A stretch of 64,000 bases of DNA, taken from NCBI RefSeq assembly GCF_009914755.1, contig NC_060947.1; one strand, given 5' to 3'. The notes under the pieces were generated by a model, which had not been told where the DNA came from, searched no databases, and saw nothing but the letters and a program-made list of their open reading frames with translations. A program made the translations under genes and the position numbers. Origin of the DNA: the human T2T-CHM13v2.0 reference genome, Homo sapiens. Positions 1 through 14,700 of the stretch are shown here, piece after piece (the stretch's first letter is position 1; the number at the start of each line of letters is the position of its first letter).

Positions 1-487
1 CTTTTTCTCTCTCCTTGCATCCATCGTTCTCTCATTTATACTATCCCTTTCACGACTTGAAGGAAGCTCAGATCTAGACTGACTGTCTGACCTTGGGCAC
101 TTCACCCTCTGCAGAGGTCCAGGTCTCAGAAAAATATACTGCACTGGATTTGATATAACTAGAAGAAATTAAATTTGATCAATAGTAAAAGAGAACTGTT
201 CTGACTAAGGGCAGAATGGAATGGCACTGAGGAATTAAGAAACTAAAAGATGGGCATGTTCCCATTGAGCTAGCAAAGGACAAGCTCTATAATTAAAGAT
301 CGTTTGAAAATCTCAATGTACAGTATAACATCAATGGCTAGCTGGAAGATAGGTAAGCAAACTCTTGTCAATGTGGATGCTACTAAGATAGGGATGGAGA
401 CCAGTGAAGAATGGGAAATATGATTTTGTTGAGTAAATATTTTAAAACTCTTTTTCTTCCTCCAAATATTTTAAAAGTTTTGAAGAC

Positions 488-518
488 ACAGAGAGAGAGA
501 AAGAGAGAGCGAGAGAGA
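488..518. repeat. (GA)n microsatellite
   Basis: cagagagagagaaagagagagcgagagaga. Confidence 0.85.
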
Positions 519-611
519 TCATAAATTTTGTATATTTTCAAACCAAAAAGAGAGAATGTACTTTTGAGCTTTAATCACCTCTTAAATATGTGACTTGGGG
601 TAAAGCCTCAG

Positions 612-1128
612 TGTATGTGAGGGCCCAACCAAGAAATCAGAAACCATTTTAGATAGAGTGCTTGAAATAGAGGATATTTAAGAGGAGCTGAGAAGCCAAA
701 TAGAGGAAAGGGGGATAACCTAGAGATTAGCAACAGCAGGAGCTCACTACTACCCCTAGAACTGAAAAAACAAAAAGAGAAGGTGGTGTTACCAGAGCCC
801 TGAGGCCAGAGTCACCTAGAAGAAGCTAGAACCACAGCAGGTCTCTCTTGCGGGAGCTGGAGCCACAGAGGAAAGGCAGCCCCAGCTGAAGGTGCTGCCC
901 CAGGCTGGAGGATGAGGGAGCAGTAAGAAATACCCTTGCCTCTTCCTACCTCCCACCCTCCAATCTCTTAACTGCATCTCCCTTTTGCTGAACATAGCCA
1001 GAAGCAAGTTATGTCTGGAAAGCCTGAGAAATACATCTTAAAGGGGTTAGCATCCCTGTGCTACAAAGCAAGGTAAGGGAAAGGCAAGGAATGAATCTGA
1101 GGGCATATAGGCCAAGGATTGATACACT
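612..1128 (-). mobile_element. Old ERVL/MaLR solo LTR (MLT1M/N-like) interrupting a MIR
   Basis: Starts tgt, ends near aca; old MaLR-like motifs (cctcccaccctccaatctc, gaaaggcaaggaatgaatctgaggg); MIR-like sequence on both sides (~570-610 and ~1130-1255). Subfamily uncertain. Confidence 0.5.
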
Positions 1129-1129
1129 T

Positions 1130-1258
1130 ATTTTCCTTTTCTATAAAGTAGGGACAATAGTACCTACCTCCCCAAGTTAATGAGACAAATTAATTAAAGT
1201 ATATATCCAAAGTGCCTAACACAGTGCCTGGCCTAAAGCAATACTCAATACATTTTAA
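1130..1258 (+). mobile_element. MIR SINE 3' part
   Basis: tataaagtagggacaatagtacctacctc...aaagtgcctaacacagtgcctggc...tactcaataca resembles the MIR core and tail. Confidence 0.7.
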
Positions 1259-2369
1259 TTTTTTCTTAGTTTTAAGGGTTTGAGAAATTCATTTTTCCCC
1301 AAAATGCTTGAGTACACCCAGAACTAAACACTGCTTGTATATTAAGAGCCCTTTTTTCTAAGACACAATTAGCTAATGTCAAAAATTTTTGCTCATATTT
1401 TCATACACATTTTTATACAGTTTCATGTGTACTAATTATTAACATTCCTCTTAAAAGAAATAAAATTATTTCTTTCTAAATGGTCATTTCAGTCTTTTCA
1501 CTTTCATATCAGACTTATGTCCCATTTTGCCAAATAAACTATATTCTTGCCTGATTTTGATATGTCCCTATAAATTGATATCTCTTAGGATATCAGTTTG
1601 TAATGCACAGTGGTCCAGATCCAAAAGAGCTAATGAATTATATTAGTGAATACTAAAAGGGGACTTTTGTGAAGGAAGAAAGTCCCTCAACAAAAGGCTA
1701 ACTGAAGATAAATATCCCCACTGTCAAACACCAGCTGGGCCCAAAACCTTCCGTTTATGTTAGAGAGACCTCTGTCTTACAAATGTGTCCTTCAGCCCCC
1801 TAGACCAACCATGAATACTTAAGCAAAGAAATTTTGGAAAACCTTTGCTAGCATTTTCAGAAAATAAAAATGCAAAGATTGAGACAGAGGGAATATTTAA
1901 GCCTCGTGCATTATTTGTAATTTGAGATGTTGATCATGAAAGGGAATTTGTGTTTCAATCACCTATGCCGCCACTTAGGAAATTCATTCCTAAGTGATTT
2001 GAAAATTGTGAGACTTTGAGTTGCCATTGACATGTAAGCTAGACATAGAGGAATGGTGACTGCAGAAACTGTTTGTGAGTGAAATGTGATTTGCCGCAAC
2101 TGAGAAGCTATTAAAAGTATTTGCTCTTCCTCTCTGCACCTCTCCCCTGTCCCTCACCCCATCCTGTCTGTCCAACTGAGGGATGAATTCCCAGTGTCAG
2201 GAAAGTCACACTAGAAAACAAAGATCACAAAAGATTGAAGCTATTTTTTTTCAAAAGCTGAATGTATTTTGTAAATAATAATGTTAATAATACTAAAGGT
2301 GGTCAAAACAGGGCTTCTATGATGACTCCTGGTTTTAAAAAAAAAAAAGAAAAGAAAATTAGGACTCTC

Positions 2370-2530
2370 ATAGAATATGAGCATTGAATTCGAGATCAGG
2401 GGATTTTTTATTTTAGCATTAACTAAATAACTAGCTGAACAACTTCTGGCAGGTCACATTATTTCTCTTGATTTGAGTTTTTAATCTGTATAAATGATGA
2501 TGTTAGCCAGTTATTTCTAAAGGTTCTAAT
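2370..2530 (+). mobile_element. MIR/MIR3 fragment
   Basis: ctagctgaacaacttctggcaggtcacattatttctcttgatttgagtttttaatctgtataaatg. Confidence 0.5.
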
Positions 2531-5500
2531 AATGCTAAGATTCTACGGCCAATAGATAAAAGCTTCATTTTAAGTTTATAATGTGTAATAAGGAAGTCAG
2601 CCTGAAGGCAAAAAGAGGAGTGGGTATGCGAAAGGGGAGAGAGCTGTTTGTATTCCTGCTGAGCTAGAATAAATAATGATTTGCTCTGTGTCAACAAAAA
2701 GCTTAAATCAGCAGACTAGGTAGACAATGTCAGTAAGGACACACAAAGATTTGTCCTTGGGGTTAGCCAAAAGTTGATTCTAGTAAATATAGTCACTATC
2801 CACTTGGAGTATCCAATTCCTAACCACTTAGCCCTACATGCCTCAGAATTGTCTTTGTGAAGATGGTAAAATAAAAAATAAAATAAAATACTAAAGTGAA
2901 TCTAAGTGTTGCAACTACATAACATCTTGGCATGTAAGAACCTTCTCAGCACTAAATACTAAGATGTAACTGATCTTGTCAGGAGAGAAAGTTTTTATGT
3001 ACAAATAGGGAATGATAGTGACTACTAGCTTGGAGACACTACCAAGTAAAATTTCAAAATCTACTCAAAGAGAGTGAGCTATCCATCAAAGTTAATCCTG
3101 TTACTCTAGCAGAAGTCCCTTATTGAAATTGTCTTGATGCTTCTGTATATCAGTTAGATAGATTAGGTTGAGATCCTTGCTCTGGACTATATTTCCCTTC
3201 TTTTAACCACCCTTTAAAATTCCCCTGCCCTGTGTACAATTAACTCAGGCCTATGCAAGGTAAATGCTAGCTAATCTGATGTCACATTGGGTGAGTGAGA
3301 ATTTAAGGCCTAACAGTAATATGAAAATATTGCCTTTGTAGTTGAAAATGTCAGCTCTTGAGTAGAAAAAATATGCTTTGTCATCCCATGAACAAATCGT
3401 TTAACACCATATGCCTCAGTTTCTCCACCCTGAGCAATTGGTTAGTACTTATCTCACAAAGATTTGTGTTATATTACATAAAGCACCAAACAGGATACCT
3501 GGCACAGAGAAGGTATTCAGTATCTGTTGCCTCTGTCCATCCCTTCCTAATCTCTACTTTTTGACAAAACAACCTACTTCATTTAGCTCTCAATGGTTTT
3601 TTGTTTTGATTCTACCAAGGCAATTGACCAATTATCATGGTAGAGGAACCAAAAACCCAGTATGCTGGCACAAAAACTGCTATGAGAGGCTACTAACCAG
3701 ACCTGCAACATGGTTCCTTCTTCTACACCAGAGATTCTGCTGGCTTCTGATGCCTTCAGCTAATGCAGAGTAAGTGATAATTTAATGTTTCCTGATTTGT
3801 GGGACACTTTTCCAGAGGCATTCAGTGAAGCTAATTAGCATTTAAAGGATAGTAAAGGAAGAGTCCTGAGCTTAGAGTAAAGCCATTGCATGACAAATCC
3901 ATTCTTATTTTAGTGCTCAGGAAATATCTAGGCTGTATTCCTGCGAGTGATAATAGCACATATCTCCTATTTTTTTTCAAATATTGCACAAAAGCCTTCA
4001 CCCTCTCAGAATAGCTATTCCAGACATTTTCAAACAAATTCACCAAAACTCATGGACACTAATACATCTAAGGAACAGGGAATTGAAAGGGCGAGACATT
4101 AGCTTAGAAACATCTATGTTCATCAAGTCATTACCAAGACAGCTAGTTGGTTCCTCCAGGGTATAATTCACAGAAAAGCAAATTGTGATTTTCTGACAGG
4201 AGCTGAGGAGCTGGCTGTGGTCATCCCCTTTATTGCTCTAGACAGCCAGGCACTCACAATTTTCAGTGTGCCCTCATGCCACTGCAGAGGAGGTCCATTG
4301 CAATAGCCAACACGAGAGAAATGGATAGGATTTTGATGGCTGCTTATTAAAGACAGAAAACAGAACTACTCCAAGGCATAATATTAACCTTTTGGACTTA
4401 GAGCATGACTTTGCAGATAAATCTGTAGCCTTGATACAATTCATGCGACATCAGGTCTCATCTGAGTGCCATAGCTGTCAAGATACTAGAAAGTTGGGTG
4501 CCAAATAAAGCCCCAACAGGACCTCTCTTGGTAACAAGGAAGGCCATCATATGAGGTTGGACTGGCACAATCTTACCTCACTAATTTGAATGATATGGAG
4601 AAGACTACTGTTAATCAGCGTAAGACTAAATTCCATATTTAAAAATCTACAGGACTGAAGAGGTAGGAAAAATAGTCATGAACCATCAATGCCACCCCTC
4701 CCCCTGAACTCCCAGCAGCCAGGGAGTAGTGGTGAGAGCATCTCTGGGTGCTGGGCAAGGGAGAGCCAGCAACTGTGAGGCATTGAACTCAGTGCTGTCC
4801 CATTAGAGCACAAAGGAAAACCAGACCAAACTCAACTGACACCCACCCATGGTGGGAACATTTAAACCAACCATAGCCAGAGGGAAATCAACAATCCTAG
4901 TGGTCCAAACGTAACTTTTTGCAAACTTCATCACTGAGGGCCAAAGTTCTCTGGGTCTCTAAGTAAACATGAAAGGCAGGCTAGGCCATAAGGACTGCAG
5001 ATTTTAGGCAAGTCCTAGGGCTGAAGTAGTACCACAGCCAGTGGACTGGGTGGACATGTGACCTACTGAGACAACAGTCAAGGCAGCTAAGGAAGTGCTG
5101 GCATCACCTTTCCCCTAACCCTAGGCTGCACAGCCCACAGCTCAAAAAGATACCACTTTTCTCAACTTGAGGGGTGTTGCATCATGGATACCAGCTCAGC
5201 CACAGCAGGATAGGGCACCAGTCAGAGTCACAAGGGCCATTTTCCAGACCCTAGCTCCCAGATGACATTTCTAGACATGCCCTGGACCAGAAGGGAACCT
5301 GCTGTCTTGAAGGGTAAGTCTCAGCCCTCGCATGATTCATCACCTACTAACTGAAGAGCCCTTGGACCCTGACTTACCAGCAGCAATACCCAGGAACTAC
5401 ACTGAGGGCCTTTGGTGAACCTCTGAGACTTGATGGCTGCAGATGAAACTCAGCACATTCCCAACTGTGGTGGCTACAGGGTAAGATTCCCTCCACTTGA

Positions 5501-6621
5501 GAAAAGCAGAAGGAAGAATAAAGGGGACTTAGTCTTGTACCTTAGGTACCATCTCAGTCACAGGGGGATAGAGCACCAAGAAGGCCCTTGAATTACCTCA
5601 TTACAGGACTTGGCTCTTGGACAGAATTTCTGGACCTGTTCTGGGCCAGGGTAGAGCCCATGCCCTGAGAAGTAAGTCCCAGGCCAGGCAGCATTCACCA
5701 CAAGCTACTAAAGAGTCTTTGAGTCTTAAGGGAACATTGGTGGTAGTCTGACAGTATTCTCAGTGGGCCTGTGGTGGCAGTGGCATTGGATGAGGTTCCT
5801 CTGCCTTTGGAAGAGGGAGGGAAAAGTAGGAAGAACTGCATCTTGTGGTTTGAGTGCCAGTTCAGCCCCAATAAAATGGAACACCAAGTAGACCCCTGAG
5901 GTTTTTTATTCTAGTTCCTGGCTCCTAGATGGCACCTCTGGACATGCCAAGGGCCTAGGGGAACTCACCACCCTGAAGGGAAGGACACAGTCCTGGCTAG
6001 CTTGGCCACCTACTAATGGTAGAACCCCCAAACCTTGACCAAACATAGGCCATAGCCAGGGAGTGGTTAAGTCAAGCCCTAGGTGAAACCCAGTTCTGTG
6101 CTGGCTTCAGGTCTGATGCAGCCATACTAGTGGTGGTAGCCACAGGGGTGCTTGAATCATTCTACCCTCAGATCCAGGGGGCTCAGTTCAGAGAGAAAGA
6201 CCCCCATTTGTATTGGAGAAAGTAAGGGAGGAGAACAAGAGTCTCTGCCTAATGATCCAGAGAATTCTTCCAGATATTGTCCAAGACCATCAAGGCAATA
6301 CCTCTACAAATCTGCAAGAACCACAGCATTACTGGGCTTGGGGTGCCCACTAAAGCAGACACAGCTTAGATCATGACACACAAGTCCTTTCAAATATCTG
6401 AAAAGTCTTCCCAAAAAGACAGGTGCATACAAGCTTAGACTGAGAAGACTACAGTAAATACCTAACTCTTTAATATTCAGACACCAAAAAACATCTACAA
6501 GCATCAACACCAATCAGGAAAACATGACCTCTCCAAATGAACTAAATAAGGCACCAGGGGCCAATCCTGGATAGAGATATCTGACCTTACAGACAGAGAA
6601 TTCAAAATAGCTTTTTTAGGA

Positions 6622-7960
6622 ACATAGACCAATGAAACACAATAGAGAGCCCAGAAATAAGGCCACACACCTACAACCATCGAATCTTCAACAAAGCTGA
6701 CAAAAACAAGCAATGGGGAAAAGGCTTCTATTCAATAAATGGTACTGGTATAACTGGCTAGCCATATGCAGAGGATTGAAACTGAACCCCTTCCTTACAC
6801 CACATACAAAAATCAACTCAAGATGGATTAAAGGCTTAAATGATTAAAGACCCAAAACTATAAAAACCCTAGAAAGCAATCTAAGGAATACCATCCCGTA
6901 CATAGGAATGGGCAAAGCTTTCTTGACAAGGATGCCAAAAGCAATCCAAAAATTGACAGACAAATGGAATCTAATAAAACTTAAGAGCTTCTGCACAGCA
7001 AAAGGAACTATCAACAGAGTAACCAGACAACCTACAGAATGGGAGAAAATATTTGCAAGCTACGCATCTGACAAAGGTTTTTTATCAAGCATCTATAAGG
7101 AACTTAAACAAATTTACAAAATAAAAACAAACGACTCTATTTAAAAGTGGGCAAAGGTCATGAACAGACACTTTGCAAAAGAAGACATACATGCAACCAA
7201 CAATCATATTGTTAAAAAAGTTCGACATCACTGATTAGAGAAAGGCAAATCAAAACCACAATGAGATACCAACTCACACCAATCAGCATGGCTATTAGTA
7301 AAAAGTCAAAAAATAATAAATACTGGTGAAGTTGTGGAGAAAAGGGAACACTTATACACTGTTGGTGGGAGTGTAATTAGTTCAACCATTGGGCAAGCGG
7401 TATGGCAATTCCTCAAAGAGCTAAAAGCAGAACTACCATTTGACCCAGCAATCCCATTACTGGGTATATACTCAGAGGAACATAAATCATTATACCATAA
7501 AGACACATGGATGTGTATGTTCACTGCAGCACTATTCACAAAAGCAAAGACATGGAATCAACCTAAATGCCTATCAATGACAGACTGGATAAAGAAAATG
7601 TGGTACATATACACCATGGAATACTATGCAGCTATAGAAAAAATGAGACCATGTCTTTTGTGGGAACATGGATGGAGATGGAGTCTATTATTCTTAGCAA
7701 ACTAATGCCAGAACGGAAAACAAAATACCACATGTTCTCACTTATCAGTTTTAGCTAAATGATGAGAACTCATGAACACAAAGAAGGGAACAAAGTACAT
7801 TCATGCCTACTTGCACATGGAGGGTGGGAGGAGAGAGAGGAGCAGAAAAGCTTTAGTAGATGGGTGGTGAAATAATCTGTACAACAAACCCCATGACACA
7901 GGTTTACCTATATAACAAACCTGCACATGGGTCACTGAACCTGAAATAAAAGTTTAAAAA
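6622..7960 (+). mobile_element. 5'-truncated L1PA15/16-like element nested in host ORF1
   Basis: ORF2 C-terminal remnants and 3'UTR (gaaataatctgtacaacaaaccccatgacac...aaataaaagtt); diverged TSD aaaatagcttttttaggaa (~6604-6622) / atatagttgttttgaggaa (~7960-7978). Confidence 0.85.
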
Positions 7961-10412
7961 TATAGTTGTTTTGAGGAAACTCAAAGAAATTCAAGAAAAC
8001 ACAGAGAAGGAACTCAGAATACTATAAGACAAATTTAACAAAGGGATTGAAACAATTTAAAATAATCAAGCAGAAATTCTGGAGCTGAAAATTGCAACTT
8101 GCACACTGAAGAATGCATCAGTCTTTTAATAGCAGAATTGATCAAGCAGACTAAAGAATTAGTGAGCTTGAAGACAGACTGTTGAAAATATATAGTCAGA
8201 GGAGACAAAATAAAAAAGAATAAAAACAATAAAGTGTGCCTACAGGATGTAGAAAACAGCCTCAAAGGGGCAAATCTAAGAGTTATTGGCCATAAAGAAG
8301 AAGTAGAGGAAGAAATAGGGGTAGAAATTTTCTTCAAAGGTATAATAACAGCGAACTCCCTAAATCTAGAGAAAAATATCAATATCCAAGTACAAGAAGG
8401 TTGAAGAACACCACACAGATTTAACCCAAAGATTACCTCAAGGCTTTAAATAATTAAACTCCCAAAGATATGGGATAAAGATAGGACCCTAAAAGCAGCA
8501 AGAGAAAAGAAACAAATAACATACAATGGAGCTCCAATACATCTGGCAGCAGACTTTTCAGTGGAAACCTCACAGAACAGGAGAGAGTGGCACAACATAT
8601 GTAAAGTGCTGAAGGAAAAACACTCTAATGTTAGAATAGTATATTTGGTGAAAATATCCTTCAAACATGAAGGAGAAATAAAGACTTTCCCAGACAAACT
8701 AAAGCTGAGGAATTTCATCAACCCCAGACCTTTCCTATAAGAAATGCTAAAGGAAGTAGTTCAATCAGGAAGAAAAGGATGTTAATGAGCAATAAGAAAA
8801 CATCTGCAAGTACAAAACTCACTGGTAATAGTAAGTATATAAAAAAACACAGAATGTTATAACACTAACTGTGGTATATAATCTATTCTTATCCTAACTA
8901 GAAAGACTAAACAATGAACCAATCAAAAATAATAACTACGACAACTTTTCAAGACATACTCAATGCAACAAGATATGAATATAATATATAATATGTAAAC
9001 AAGATAGAAATAGAAACAATAAAAAGGTTAAGAAGGGGACGAAGTGTAGAGTTTTTATTAATTTTCTTTTTGTGTGTTACTTATGCAAAATATTTTAAGT
9101 TGTTATCAGGTTAAAATAATGAATTATAAGATTGTATTTGCAAGCCTTCTGGCAACTTCAAACTTAAAAGGCATACAATGGATACACAAAGAATAAAAAG
9201 CAAGAAACTAAATCATATCACCAGAGAAAATCACCTTCACTAAAACACAGGAAGAAAAGAAAGAAGGAAGAGAAGACAACAAAACAACCAGATAATAATT
9301 AACAAAATGGCAGGAGTAAGTCCTTATTCATCAATAATAGCATTGAATGTAAATGGACTAAACTACCAATCAAAAGATACAGAGTGGCTGAGTGGAAAAA
9401 GAAAAAAAAAAAAAACAAGACCCAAGGATCTGTTGCCTACAAGAAATACATTTCACATATAAAGATATATAAAGGCTAAATATAAAGGGATGGAAAAAGA
9501 TATTCCATGCCAATGGAAACCAAAAAAGAGCAGGAGTATTTATACTTATGTCAGAAAAAAATAGATTTCGGGACAAAAACTATAAGAAGAGACAAAGAAG
9601 TTTGCTTTATAATGTTAAAGGGGCTGATGCAGCAAGAAGATATAACAATTTTAAATATATGTGCACCCAACACTGGAGTACTCAGATATAAACAGCAAAT
9701 ATTATTAGAGCTAAAGAGAGGGATAGACCCCAATACAATAATAGTTGAAGACTTCAACACCCGACTTACATCATTGGACAGATCTTCCAGAGTGAAAATC
9801 AATAAAGAAACATCAGACTTAATCTACACTATAGACCAAACGGACCTAATAGATATTTACAGAACATTTCATCCAATGGCTGCAGAATACATATTTTTCT
9901 GGCAGCACATGAATTATTCTCAAGGGTAAACCATATGGTATGTCAAAAAACGATTTTTAAAGCATATGAAAAAATAGAAATAATAATAAGTATCTTCTCT
10001 TACCACAATGGAATAAAATGAGAAATCAATAATAAGAGGTATTTTGGAAACTATACAAATACATTAAAATCAAACAATATGCTACTGAATGACCAGTGTA
10101 TCAATGAAGAAATTAAGAAATTGAAAAATTTCTTGAAGCCAGTGATAATTGGAAGACTGCATACCAAAACCTGTTCCATACAGTAAAAGCAGTACTAAGA
10201 GTTAAGTTTATAGCTATAAGTGCCTACATCAAAAAAGAAGAAAAACTTCAAATAAACAACCTGACAATGCATCTTAAAGAACTGGAAAAGCAAGAGCAAA
10301 CCAAACCCAAAATTAGTAGAAGAAAATAAATAACAAAGATCAGAGCAGAAATAAATGAAATTGAAATGAAGAAAATAATGCAAAAAATTAATGAAACAAA
10401 AAGTTGATTTTT

Positions 10413-11441
10413 TTAGTTGCTATTTTTTATTATTATACTTTAAGTTCTGGGATACATGTGCAGAATGTACAGGTTTGTTACATAGGTATACATGTGCCGT
10501 GGTGGTTTGCTGCACCCATCAATCCCTCATCTACATTAGGTATTTCTCCTAATGCTATCCCTCCCCTATCCCCCACCTGCTGACAGGCCCCCGTCTGTGA
10601 TGTTCCCATCCCTGTGTCCATGTGTTCTCATTGTTCAACTCCCACTTATGAGTGAGAACATGCGGTGTTTGGTTTTCTGTTCTTGTGTTAGTTTGCTGAG
10701 AATGAGGGTTTACAGCTTCATCCATGGCCCTGCAAAGGACATGAACTCATCCTTTTTTATGGATGCATAGTATTCCATGGTGTATATGTGCCACATTTTC
10801 TTTATCCAGTCTATCACTGATGGGCATTTAGGTTGGCTCCAAGTCTTTGCTATTGTGGACAGTGCTGCAATAAACATACATGTGCATGTGTCTTTATAGT
10901 AGAATGATTTATAATCCTTTGGGTATATGCCCAGTACTGGGATTGCTGGGTCAAATAGTATTTCTGGTTCTAGATCCTTGAGGAACCACCACACTGTCTT
11001 CCACAATGGCTGAACTAATTTACACTCCCATCAACAGTGTAAAAGTGTTCCTATTTCTCCACATCCTCTCCAGCATCTATTATTTCCTGACTTTTTAATG
11101 ATCGCCATTCTAACTGGTGTGAGATGGTATCTCACTGTGGTTTTGATTTGCATTTCTCTAATGACCAGTGATGAGGAGCTTTTTATCATATGTCTGTTGG
11201 CCACATAAATGTCTTCTTTTGAGAAGTGTCTGTTCATATCCTTCACCCGCTTTTTGATGGAGTTGTTTGTTTGTTTGTTTTTCCCCTTGTACATTTAAGT
11301 TCCTTGTAGATTCTGGATATTAGCCCTTTGTCAGATGGATAGATTGAAAAAATTTTCTCCCATTCTGTAGGTTCCCTGTTCACCCTGATGATAGTTTCTT
11401 TTGCTGTGCAGAAGCTCTTTAGTTTAATTAGATCTGTTGTC
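10413..11441 (-). mobile_element. 5'-truncated L1PA7-like element, antisense, nested in host ORF2
   Basis: T-rich tail then ttatactttaagttctgggatacatgtgcagaa (reverse L1PA 3' end); TSD aaaaagttgattttt at 10398-10412 and 11443-11457. Confidence 0.9.
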
Positions 11442-14400
11442 AAAAAAGTTGATTTTTTGAAAAGCTAAACAAAATTGACAAACCTTTAGCCAGACTAAGA
11501 AAAAAGAGATAAGATTCAAAGAAGTAAAATCTTAGAAGAAAAAGGAGACATTACAACTGATACCTCAGAAAGTCACAGGATCATTAGTGGCTACTATGAG
11601 CAAGTATATACCAATAAATTAGAAAATCTAGAAGAAATGGACAAATTCCTAGACACATGCAACCTACCAAGATTGTGCTATGACAAATCGAAAACCCGAA
11701 CAAACCAACAACAAGTAATGATATTGCACCTATAATAAACAGTCTCCCAGTAAACAAAAGTTCAAGACTTGATGGCTTCACATTTAAAGAACTAATACCA
11801 GTCCTACTCAAACTATTACAAAATATGGAAGAGAAGGGAATACTTCCAAACTCATTCTATGAGGCCAGTATTACCCTGATACAAAAACCAAAGACACATC
11901 AAAAAAGAACACTACATACCATAATCTCTGATAAATATCAATGCAAAAATCCTCAACAAAACACTAGAAAATGCAATTCAGCAATACATTACAAAGAACA
12001 TTCATAATGACCAAGTGGGATTTATCTCTGGGATGCAAGGTCAGTTCAACATACATAAATCAATTGGTGTGATACATCACATCAACACAATGAAGGACAA
12101 AAACCATATGATTGTTTCAATTGATGCTGAATAAGCATTTGATAAAATTCAACATTGCTTTATGATAAAAATTCTCTGACTGGGTATAGAAGGAACATAC
12201 CTCAACATAATAAAAGCCATATATGACAAACCCATAGCTAGCATCATCCTGAATGGGGAAAAATGGAAAGCCTTTGCTCTAAGATCTGGAACATGACAAG
12301 AATGCCCACTGTCACTACTGTTTTTCAACGTAGTACTGGAAGACCTAGCTAGAGCAATCAAACAAGAGAAAGATATAAAGGGCATCCAAATTGGAAAGGA
12401 AGAAGTCAAATTATCCTTGTTTGTTGATGATATAATCTTATATTTGGAAAAACCTAGAGACTCCACCAATAAACTGTTAGAACTGATAAACAAATTCAGT
12501 AAAATTGCAGGATACCAAATCAACACACAAAAATCAGTAGCATTTCTATATGCCAACAATGAACGCTGTGAAAAAGAAATAAAAATAGTAATCTCATTTA
12601 CAATAGCTCAAAATAAAATACCTAGGAATTAACCAAAGAAGTGCAAGATCTGTGCAAGGAAAAGTATCACGATGCAAGAGATTGAGGAGGACATAGAAAA
12701 ATGGAAATATACTCCAAGTTCATGGATTGGAAGAATCAATATTGTTAAAATGTCCATACTACCCAAAGTAATCTACAGATTCTCTGCAACCTCTGTCAAA
12801 TTACCAAGGAAATTCTTCACAGAAATAGAAAAAACAATCCTATAATTTATACGGAACCACAAAAGACCCAGAATAGCCAAAACTATCTTAAACAAATAGA
12901 ACAAAACAGGAGGAATCACATTACCTGACTTCAATTTATGCTACAGAGCTAGTAACCAAAACAGCATGACACTGGCATAAAAATAGACTTATACACCAAT
13001 AGAACAGAATAGAAAGCCCAGAAACAAATCCGCACACCTACAATGAACTCTTTTTGACAAAGGTGCCAAGAACATATTCTGGGGAGAAGACAGTCTCTTC
13101 AATAAATGGTGCTGGGAAAAGTTGATATCTATTTGCAGAAAAATAAAACAAGACCCCTATATCTCTCCATATCAAAAATTAAATCAAAATGGATTAAAGA
13201 CAAATCTAAGACCTCAAATCATGAAACTACTACAAGAAAACATTGGGGAAAATCTCCAGGACATTGGTCTGGGCTAAAATGTATTGAGTAATACCCCACA
13301 AGCACAGGCAACCAAAGCAAAATGGACAAAGGGTACCACAACCAGTTAAAAAGCTTCTGCACAGGAAAAAATAATTACCGTAATAAAAAGACAACCCACA
13401 AAGTGGGAGAAAATATTTGCAAACTACCCATCTGACAAGGGATTAATAACCAGAATATAAAAGGAGTTCAAACAACTCTATAGGAAAAAGCTAATAACCC
13501 AATTAAAAAGTGGATGAAAGATTTGAACAGACATTGCTCAAAAGAAGACATACAAATGGTGAAAGGGCATGTGAAAAGGTGCTCAATATCATTGATCATC
13601 AGAGAAATGCAAATCAAAACTACAATGAGATATAATCTCACCCCAGATAAAATGACTTTTATCCAAAAGGCAGGCAATAAGAAATACTGGAGAGGACGTG
13701 GAGAAAAGGGAAAACTTGTACACTGTTGGGAATGTAAATTAGTACCACCACTACGGAGAACAGTTTGAAGGTTCCTCAAAATACTGAAAATTGAGCTACC
13801 ATATGATTCAGCAATCCCACCACTGGGCAAATACCCACAAGAAAGGAAATGAGTTTATCAAAGAGATAACTGCACTCCTACATTTGTTGCAGCACTGTTC
13901 ACAATAGCCAAGATTTGGAAGCAACTTAAGTGTCCATCAACAGATGAATGGATAAAGAAAATGTGGTACATATACACAATGGAGTACTATTCGGCCATAA
14001 AAAAAAGAATGAGATGCAGTCATTTGCAAACATGGATGGAACTGGAGGTCATTATGCTAAGTGAAATTATCCAGGCACATAAAGACAAATATTACATGTT
14101 CTCACTTATTTGTGGGATTTAAAATTCAAGACAATTAAACTCATGGGGATAGAAGGATGGTTACCAGAGGCTGGGAAACGTAGTGGGAGGGTAGAACAAA
14201 AAAAGAGTTAGAAAGAATGAATAAGACTTAGTATTTGATAGCACAACAGAGTGACTATAGTCAATAATAATTTAATTGTACATTTTAAATAACTAAAAGA
14301 GTATAACTGGATTATTTGTAACACAAAGGATAAATGCTTGAGGGCATGGATACCTCATCTTTCATGATGTGATTATTACACATTGCATGCATGTATCAAA

Positions 14401-14467
14401 ACATCTCATGCAACCCATAAATATATACACCTACTATGTACCCACAAAAATGAAAAAAAAAAATAGT

Positions 14468-14700
14468 GAGAGCTAACTTTTATTGAGAACTTATTATGTG
14501 TCAGCCACCGAAATAAGTGATTTATATGGATTGACTTATTTATTCATCACAACCTTATAAGATAGATATTATTATTTCCCTTTTACACAGGAAGAAACTG
14601 AGACAAAAGGTTAAGTAACTTGCCCAAAGGTCACACAAGTTACAAGAGGCAGAGCTAGAATTTGAACACAGGCAGTCTGGCTGAGACATTAATCTTACAC
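14468..14700 (-). mobile_element. MIR SINE
   Basis: cccttttacacaggaagaaactgagacaaaaggttaagtaacttgcccaaaggtcacac is the reverse MIR core. Confidence 0.85.

Larger units (their letters stand above)
4640..14463 (+). mobile_element. Near full-length degraded LINE-1 (L1MA2-like) with two nested L1PA inserts
   Basis: L1M1-type 5'UTR ~4640-6500; ORF1 remnants (~6520-6620, 7961-8790); ORF2 endonuclease and RT remnants (9507-9929 EDFNT, 12417 FVDDIILY); L1MA1-3-type 3' end (gatagcacaacagagtgactatagtcaataata...ctatgtacccac) with poly(A) to 14463. 5' boundary approximate. Confidence 0.88.
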
